Below the pieces are notes generated by a model. It saw nothing but the letters and a program-made list of their open reading frames with translations, made no database searches and was not told the origin of the DNA. A program made the position numbers and the translations under genes. From NCBI GenBank assembly GCA_035303925.1, contig DATGQY010000150.1:4847-68846 (forward strand): a stretch of 64,000 bases of DNA, given 5' to 3'. Source of the DNA: Marinobacter sp. (GTDB taxonomy: Bacteria; Pseudomonadota; Gammaproteobacteria; Pseudomonadales; Oleiphilaceae). This document shows positions 57,896 through 64,000 of this stretch, piece after piece; position 1 is the first letter of the stretch, and each line of letters begins with the position of its first letter.

Positions 57896-59110
57896 TTGAG
57901 TTCTGTCGATTCCCAGCAAAGAGTGTTGTCCGGCATGCGTCCGACCGGCAAGCTGCACCTCGGCCACTACCACGGTGTGCTGAAAAACTGGGTGAAACTC
58001 CAGCACGAGTATGAGTGCTTCTTCTTCGTGGCAGACTGGCATGCGTTAACCACCCAGTATGACGATCCCTCGGGTATCGAACAGAGTGTCTGGGACATGG
58101 TGATTGATTGGTTGGCTGCCGGTGTGAACCCGGGTTCCTCGACCATGTTTATTCAGTCGCAGGTGCCCGAACACGCGGAATTGCACCTGCTGTTGTCCAT
58201 GATTACGCCGCTAGGCTGGCTGGAGCGCATTCCAACCTACAAGGATCAGCAGGAAAAGTTGCGGGAGAAAGACCTCGCAACATACGGTTTCCTGGGCTAT
58301 CCGTTATTGCAGACCGCAGACATCCTGATGTACAGGGCAGGCAAGGTCCCGGTGGGCGCGGATCAGGTGTCGCACGTCGAGATTACTCGTGAGATAGCCC
58401 GTCGCTTCAACCACATATACGGCCGTGAGCCGGGTTTTGAAGAGCTGGCGGAAGCGGCCATCATCAAGATGGGCAAGAAGAACGCCAAGCTGTACCGAAA
58501 CCTGAAGAAGCGCTACCAGGAAGAGGGCAATAACGAAGCTCTGGAAACGGCTCGGGCATTGCTGAAAGAGCAGCAGAACATTTCCCTGGGGGACCGTGAG
58601 CGTCTGTACGGTTACATCGAGGGCGGCGGCAAGGTGATCCTTCCGGAACCGCAGCCGTTGCTGACTCCGGAATCAAAAATGCCGGGGCTGGACGGCCAGA
58701 AAATGTCGAAGTCCTACAATAACTACATTGGTCTGCGGGAAGAGCCTGACAGCGTGGCTCAGAAGATCCGTACCATGCAGACAGACCCGCAGCGGGTGCG
58801 TCGTACCGATCCGGGCGAGCCGGAAAAATGCCCGGTCTGGGGTATGCACAAGGTCTACTCCAGTGTCGAAACCTGTGATTGGGTGCAGCAGGGCTGCCGC
58901 AGTGCCGGTATTGGTTGCCTGGACTGCAAGAAGCCATTGATTGACGCCATCGTTGAAGAGCAGAAGCCGTTGCATGAGCGTGCCCGGGAATACGAGAGCA
59001 ACCCGGACCTGGTGCATTCAATCCTGCAGGAAGGCCGGGAACATGCGCGGGATGCCGCACGGGATACGCTGGAAGAAGTTCGGGCCGCCATGGGACTCAG
59101 CTACCGCTGA
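57896..59110 (+). CDS. trpS: Tryptophan--tRNA ligase
   Basis: SGMRPTGKLHLGH, YPLLQTADI, VPVGADQ, KMSKS; TTG start after AAGGAG. Confidence 0.95.
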   Translation: MSSVDSQQRVLSGMRPTGKLHLGHYHGVLKNWVKLQHEYECFFFVADWHALTTQYDDPSGIEQSVWDMVIDWLAAGVNPGSSTMFIQSQVPEHAELHLLLSMITPLGWLERIPTYKDQQEKLREKDLATYGFLGYPLLQTADILMYRAGKVPVGADQVSHVEITREIARRFNHIYGREPGFEELAEAAIIKMGKKNAKLYRNLKKRYQEEGNNEALETARALLKEQQNISLGDRERLYGYIEGGGKVILPEPQPLLTPESKMPGLDGQKMSKSYNNYIGLREEPDSVAQKIRTMQTDPQRVRRTDPGEPEKCPVWGMHKVYSSVETCDWVQQGCRSAGIGCLDCKKPLIDAIVEEQKPLHERAREYESNPDLVHSILQEGREHARDAARDTLEEVRAAMGLSYR

Positions 59111-59149
59111 TCCAGAGCCGGCAAATGGTAATGACAGGCGGAAGATGGC

Positions 59150-59977
59150 ATGACGGAAGAAACCAGGGAACCGGCTGAAGCGCAGCCAGATACCCCGGAG
59201 CAGGTGCCGCTTGCCCTGGTGTCTGGCAAACCGCTGGTGGATTTGCCGAAAGACCTCTACATCCCGCCTGATGCCCTTGCGGTATTTCTGGAGGCCTTCG
59301 AAGGGCCTCTGGATCTGTTGCTGTATCTGATTCGTCGCCAGAATATGAATATTCTGGAGATTGATGTCAGTGAGATTACCCGGCAATACATGGACTACAT
59401 CGGCGCGGTTGAATCGATGCGTTTCGACCTGGCGGCCGAATACCTGGTGATGGCGGCCACTCTGGCTGAGATAAAGTCCCGTATGCTGTTGCCGCGCCAG
59501 GAAAGCGATGATGAGGATGATCTCGATCCGCGAGCAGAACTGATTCGACGGCTCCAGCAGTATGAACGCTTTAAACAGGCTGCTGAAGATATTGATCAGA
59601 TGCCCAGAATGGAGCGGGACACATTTGCCGGTTCTGCGGCGTTGCCCAAAATGCCATCGTCCCAGCCGCACCCGGATGTGGACATGCGCGAACTACTTCT
59701 GGCGCTGCACGGCGTGCTCAAGCGCGCCGACCTGTTCACCAGCCATCATGTTGAAAAAGAGCGCCTGTCTACCCGCGAGCGTATGTCACACATACTCTCG
59801 GTGTTACAGGGTGATCGTTTTGTGACCTTTGAAAGTCTGTTTACGATTGAAGAGGGTCGGCTTGGTGTAGTAGTCAGTTTTCTTGCTACGCTGGAACTGG
59901 TGAAAGAGCAGTTGATCGAGATAGTGCAGGCAGAGGTTCTTGGTCCGATTCACGTCCGGGCCAGAGCTGTTACCTGA
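59150..59977 (+). CDS. scpA: Segregation and condensation protein A (kleisin)
   Basis: FEGPLDLLLYLI, AAEYLVMAATLAEIKSRMLLP, FLATLELVK. Confidence 0.95.
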   Translation: MTEETREPAEAQPDTPEQVPLALVSGKPLVDLPKDLYIPPDALAVFLEAFEGPLDLLLYLIRRQNMNILEIDVSEITRQYMDYIGAVESMRFDLAAEYLVMAATLAEIKSRMLLPRQESDDEDDLDPRAELIRRLQQYERFKQAAEDIDQMPRMERDTFAGSAALPKMPSSQPHPDVDMRELLLALHGVLKRADLFTSHHVEKERLSTRERMSHILSVLQGDRFVTFESLFTIEEGRLGVVVSFLATLELVKEQLIEIVQAEVLGPIHVRARAVT

Positions 59978-59992
59978 GGGATAGAGACCGCC

Positions 59993-60658
59993 ATGAATGA
60001 AGAGCACCTGGCAAGAATTCAGGCCATCGCCGAGGCCGCGCTGTTGGCCGCTGGAAAGCCACTGTCGATAGAGCAGTTACGGGAGTTGTTCCTGGAGGAA
60101 GAGCGGCCCGCCCGTCAAGTGATGGAGCACGTCATGGTCCTGTTGGAGCAGTCGTGCACTGGTCGGGGTTTTGAGTTGAAACAGGTTGCCAGTGGCTATC
60201 GGCTTCAGGTGAGGGAGGAGTTTGCGCCCTGGGTTGGCCGCCTGTTCGAGGAAAAGCCACAACGCTATTCGCGTGCTCTGCTGGAAACCCTGGCACTGAT
60301 TGCATACCGACAACCGATTACCCGTGGTGAGATTGAGGATATTCGGGGCGTTACGGTAAGCAGCAATATCATTCGGACGTTACTTGAGCGAGAGTGGGCC
60401 CGTGTAGTGGGGCACCGGGATGTGCCGGGCAGGCCAGCGATGTACGCCACCACCAAACAGTTTCTGGATTATTTCAATCTTACGGGCCTGGATGAGTTAC
60501 CGCCTTTGTCCGAAGTCCGTGATCTGGAAGAGATCAGCCGTGAGATTGAAAAAAATATGCAAGGTGAGATCGAATTTGAATCCACCACAAGCGACAGTAC
60601 GCCCCCTGCGGAAGACGGCTCAGGGGAAGGTATTTCATCAGAGCAGACAATTCACTGA
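59993..60658 (+). CDS. scpB: Segregation and condensation protein B
   Basis: SRALLETLALIAYRQPITRGEIEDIRGV, PGRPAMYATT. Confidence 0.96.
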   Translation: MNEEHLARIQAIAEAALLAAGKPLSIEQLRELFLEEERPARQVMEHVMVLLEQSCTGRGFELKQVASGYRLQVREEFAPWVGRLFEEKPQRYSRALLETLALIAYRQPITRGEIEDIRGVTVSSNIIRTLLEREWARVVGHRDVPGRPAMYATTKQFLDYFNLTGLDELPPLSEVRDLEEISREIEKNMQGEIEFESTTSDSTPPAEDGSGEGISSEQTIH

Positions 60659-60697
60659 CGCCGTGACGGCATCAGCTACTGAGTAAGGAAAGAACAC

Positions 60698-61705
60698 ATG
60701 GCGGCATCAAGCCCCGGAAAACCAGGTGCAGGAAAAAAACCTGTACGTGGTGAAAAATCCCTGACGGAAGGGCCAGAGCGCGTACAGAAGCTTCTCGCTC
60801 GGGCAGGCGTTGGTTCTCGTCGGGAAATTGAAGGCTGGATGGAAGCCGGACGTTTGTTGGTGAATGGTCGGCCAGTGGAGCCTGGCCAGAAAGCCACCAT
60901 TGCCGATCGTTTCGAGCTCGACGGCAAGCAGCTGGATGTATCCTCTGCGGGCCAGGTGGTTCGTCGTGTGCTGATCTACAACAAGCCCGAAGGCGAAGTG
61001 ACCAGCCGTAAAGACCCGGAAGGCCGGCCAACAGTATTTGACCGCTTGCCTCGTTTGAAAGACCAGCGCTGGATCTCAATCGGGCGGCTTGATATCAACA
61101 CCACCGGTCTGGTGCTCTTTACGACCGACGGTGAGCTCGCTAACCGGTTGATGCACCCCTCCAGTCAGATTGACCGGGAGTACGCCGTTCGGGTTTTCGG
61201 CGATGTTGATGAAGATATGCAGAAACGGCTGCTGCAAGGCGTACTGCTCGACGATGGTCTCGCACAGTTCTCCGACATCTCGCCGGCTGGTGGCAGTGGC
61301 ATGAACCAGTGGTTCCACGTCACACTGCTGGAAGGCAGAAATAGGGAAGTCCGTCGCCTGTGGGAGTCCCAGGGGGTCAGAGTCAGTCGTCTTAAACGAG
61401 TACGCTATGGCCCGATTTTTCTGCCGAGCCGCCTGACTTTGGGTAAGTGGGAAGAGCTGGATCAGAAGGCTGTCGATCTCCTCAGCCGAGCGGTAGGGCT
61501 GCAGTCGGTAGAAGTGCCCCAGAAAACGCCCGGTGAGCAGGCCGAGCACGATCGTAAACGTCGTAAGAGCCCGGGCAAATCGCTTCAGCGAGCGAAGCGG
61601 GGCAGTTGGCAGGTGAGTGAGTCAGCACCTGCAAAGCCGAAGAGAGATGCAAAAAAGGGCGGTACCGGTGGTGCGCGTCCTGCCAGGAACAACCGGGGGG
61701 CATAG
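60698..61705 (+). CDS. rluB: 23S rRNA pseudouridine synthase B
   Basis: S4 domain QKLLARAGVGSRRE, GRLDINTTG, EGRNREVRR; scpAB-rluB synteny. Confidence 0.93.
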   Translation: MAASSPGKPGAGKKPVRGEKSLTEGPERVQKLLARAGVGSRREIEGWMEAGRLLVNGRPVEPGQKATIADRFELDGKQLDVSSAGQVVRRVLIYNKPEGEVTSRKDPEGRPTVFDRLPRLKDQRWISIGRLDINTTGLVLFTTDGELANRLMHPSSQIDREYAVRVFGDVDEDMQKRLLQGVLLDDGLAQFSDISPAGGSGMNQWFHVTLLEGRNREVRRLWESQGVRVSRLKRVRYGPIFLPSRLTLGKWEELDQKAVDLLSRAVGLQSVEVPQKTPGEQAEHDRKRRKSPGKSLQRAKRGSWQVSESAPAKPKRDAKKGGTGGARPARNNRGA

Positions 61706-61717
61706 CGCCCGGTTGTA

Positions 61718-62644
61718 TCAGGAAATGCTGGCGAATACCCGGGTGCAATTCCGGCCATTCGCTTTGGCGCGATAGAGCGCCTCATCTGCGCGGGCCATCC
61801 ACTGCTCGGGTTGTTCGTCAACCAGGTGCATGGCAACGCCGCAGCTGGCGGTAACGGTCAGCGGTGTTTCACCGCCATCCACGCGTATGGCCTCCAGTGC
61901 CATGCGAATGCGTTCAGCCACATCGCGGGCTTCGTGCTCGCCGGTGTGGGGTAACAAAATCGCAAATTCTTCCCCGCCAAACCGGTAGACCGAATCGGAG
62001 TTGCGTACCGCCTGTTCAAGCTTTTCAGCTGTTTTTGCCAGGATATGATCACCAACCACGTGGCCATGGTTGTCGTTAATCCGCTTGAAGTGATCCAGAT
62101 CGCACAGAATCAGTGAACAGGGCGCACCAAGCCGGTCAGCGAGAGACGCTGCCCGCTTCAGCTCTTCATCCAGAGCTCGCTTGTTGCCGATGCCGGTCAG
62201 TGCGTCGGTCAGAGCCGCCTGTTCAATTGCGATGAATTGGCAAGCGTTACGCAACGGACAAATGGCTGCTGACAGCAGCATCTCGATCCCCGCGAGTTCG
62301 TCGTCAGCAAATTTCTGGCGTCGATGAAAGGTCAGGCAGCCATAGTTGGTGCCTTCCAGGGTCAGTCGGTATTCGCACCGGTGTGGTCCGCCGATGCCGG
62401 TCGAGAACACGAAATCCTGTCGGGCAATCCTGTGCCGGTATTGCATTGAATCAAACGGAATGGTCGCTGAGATCTCCTCGGCAACGATGCTGAGCTGGTT
62501 CTCCAGAGACAGCGTCGTCGACAGCCGCTTTGTCAATCTGGTCAGCACGTCTGGACCACGGCTCCAATCCTGGTACGCCTGTTTTAACGCGGCCAGGCGG
62601 GCAGGTTGCGTTCTGGATGGCTGGATCGATGTCAGATTTTTCAC
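61718..62644 (-). CDS. Diguanylate cyclase (GGEEF) with a GAF-like N-terminus
   Basis: DALTG, DLDHFKRIND, I-site RNSD, RFGGEEF, ADEALY. Confidence 0.92.
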   Translation of the reverse strand: MKNLTSIQPSRTQPARLAALKQAYQDWSRGPDVLTRLTKRLSTTLSLENQLSIVAEEISATIPFDSMQYRHRIARQDFVFSTGIGGPHRCEYRLTLEGTNYGCLTFHRRQKFADDELAGIEMLLSAAICPLRNACQFIAIEQAALTDALTGIGNKRALDEELKRAASLADRLGAPCSLILCDLDHFKRINDNHGHVVGDHILAKTAEKLEQAVRNSDSVYRFGGEEFAILLPHTGEHEARDVAERIRMALEAIRVDGGETPLTVTASCGVAMHLVDEQPEQWMARADEALYRAKANGRNCTRVFASIS

Positions 62645-62686
62645 ATCAGCTCACTCTGTTCCGGATCAGGATAGTGTGAGATGACA

Positions 62687-62702
62687 AGCACGTTTTATAC
62701 CA
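62687..62702 (-). promoter_or_regulatory. Sigma54 -24/-12 promoter of the diguanylate cyclase
   Basis: TGGTATAAAACGTGCT on the minus strand (GG-N10-GC). Confidence 0.6.
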
Positions 62703-62916
62703 TCGAAAAATACTTCAATAAAACCATAAGTCTAGCGCTCTAATCAGTAAATTTGACGCGTTCAGGGTGGTGTCATTGCGGGTTTGTGTCATTTTTCCGG
62801 CAGGGACTTGCCGGGTCAGCGAAACCCTGCAATCAAAATGTCAGACAAGGGGGTGGGGCGCGCAGATCGCTGTGATAAACTTCTGCGCTCGAATGTGTTG
62901 AACGAGCAGCAGTTGT

Positions 62917-63597
62917 ATGAGATTTGAGGCGCCAGAGAGTCTTTCAGAGCAAATTGCCCAGCATATCGGCCAGCGGATCGTGGTCCGTGACCTGAAGCCG
63001 GGGGAGCGTATTCAGGAACTGAAAGTGGCGGGTGAACTCAACGTCAGCCGTGGTTCGGTCCGTGAGGCCTTACTGATTCTGGAGCGTCGGCATCTGGTTG
63101 AGATCTACCCGCGCCGAGGCGCTGTTGTCTCTGAGCTGACCGTTGATTCCGTGAACGCGCTTTACGATATTTACATAGATTTGCTCTGCATGCTCGGTCG
63201 CAAAGTTCTTGAACGCTGGCCTGGCAATGAACTGGGCGGATTGATGGGGCAGGTTGATGAACTCAGGGAAGTTATTGATGCGCTTAATTCGAATGCCGAT
63301 GACGCTGCAGAGCGTGTAATTGAGGCTGGCTTTGGTGTTGTTCAGTATGCCTATCGTCTGGTTGAAAATCCGTTCCTGCAAGAGACCCTTGAGAATTTTC
63401 GCCCTGCCATCAGCCGCACTTACTACGTTGCACTTGAGCATTTCCGTAGCGAAATAGCAGAGACGGCGACCTTCTTCCGGCACCTGGCTGATGCCGCAAT
63501 CCAGAATGACGCCACTCGCCTGCAACAGGCGATCTGCGAATTCGGCGAGCACCAACGAAAGCAGGTGTTGAGCATTCTCATGGAGGAGAGCGCGTGA
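62917..63597 (+). CDS. GntR (FCD) family transcriptional regulator
   Basis: [27 protein letters not shown] wHTH; gntR-smc arrangement. Confidence 0.9.
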   Translation: MRFEAPESLSEQIAQHIGQRIVVRDLKPGERIQELKVAGELNVSRGSVREALLILERRHLVEIYPRRGAVVSELTVDSVNALYDIYIDLLCMLGRKVLERWPGNELGGLMGQVDELREVIDALNSNADDAAERVIEAGFGVVQYAYRLVENPFLQETLENFRPAISRTYYVALEHFRSEIAETATFFRHLADAAIQNDATRLQQAICEFGEHQRKQVLSILMEESA

Positions 63598-63598
63598 T

Positions 63599-64000
63599 AT
63601 GCGGCTAAAGTCCATCAAACTGGCCGGCTTCAAATCGTTTGTGGATCCGACAACCGTTCCGTTTCCGACGAACCTGACTGCTGTGGTCGGGCCGAACGGC
63701 TGTGGCAAATCCAATATCATCGACGCTGTGCGCTGGGTGATGGGCGAAAGCTCAGCCAAGTACCTTCGTGGCGAATCCATGACCGACGTTATCTTCAACG
63801 GTTCCAGCGCCCGGAAGCCCGTTGGTCAGGCATCGATCGAACTGGTATTCGATAACTCTGACGGCAAGGCGCCCGGTGAGTTTGTCAAATTCAATGAGAT
63901 CTCGGTTAAACGCCGTGTGTCTCGTGAGGGGCAATCCGAATATTTCATGAATGGCTCCAAGTGCCGTCGACGGGACATCACCGATCTGTTTCTCGGCACT
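63599..64000 (+). CDS. smc: Chromosome segregation protein SMC, N-terminal part (runs out of the window)
   Basis: Manual translation: [18 protein letters not shown]...[21 protein letters not shown]...DVIFNGS. Confidence 0.96.
   Translation, partial: MRLKSIKLAGFKSFVDPTTVPFPTNLTAVVGPNGCGKSNIIDAVRWVMGESSAKYLRGESMTDVIFNGSSARKPVGQASIELVFDNSDGKAPGEFVKFNEISVKRRVSREGQSEYFMNGSKCRRRDITDLFLGT

Noticed and set aside
61311-61326. GGTTCCACGT parS-like half site near scpAB/smc
   Set aside because: The second half of the palindrome is missing and the sequence encodes WFHV in rluB.

Overview
Core-chromosome segment of a gammaproteobacterium. Gene order and protein sequences suggest Marinobacter or a close relative (inference). 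In order: end of flgK and flgL; tRNA-Leu(CAA) with queA-tgt-yajC-secD-secF; a SuhB-family gene divergent from trmJ-cysE-iscR-iscS; ndk-rlmN-pilW-rodZ-ispG-hisS-yfgM-bamB-der; a PAS/GGDEF/EAL gene with ackA-pta; a 49-aa CcoM-like ORF (missing from the ORF track) behind a perfect FNR box; tRNA-Glu; TIGR01777, CbiX, DUF924 and TetR genes; tRNA-Gly; MOSC-uup-hypothetical; usp; fadBA; topA; an M48 peptidase-type IV pilin fusion; gltA, sdhCDAB and sucAB-lpd-sucCD; trpS-scpA-scpB-rluB; a GGDEF gene; gntR; and the start of smc. I see no mobile element, CRISPR array, rRNA or prophage. The most notable observations are a SuhB that has lost its catalytic metal ligands, the M48-pilin fusion with a structured CsrA-site leader, an isc operon reduced to iscRS with a C-terminally shortened IscS, the unannotated ccoM-like gene, and a putative [4Fe-4S] motif in TrpRS. 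All family assignments come from motif recognition and synteny, not database searches.
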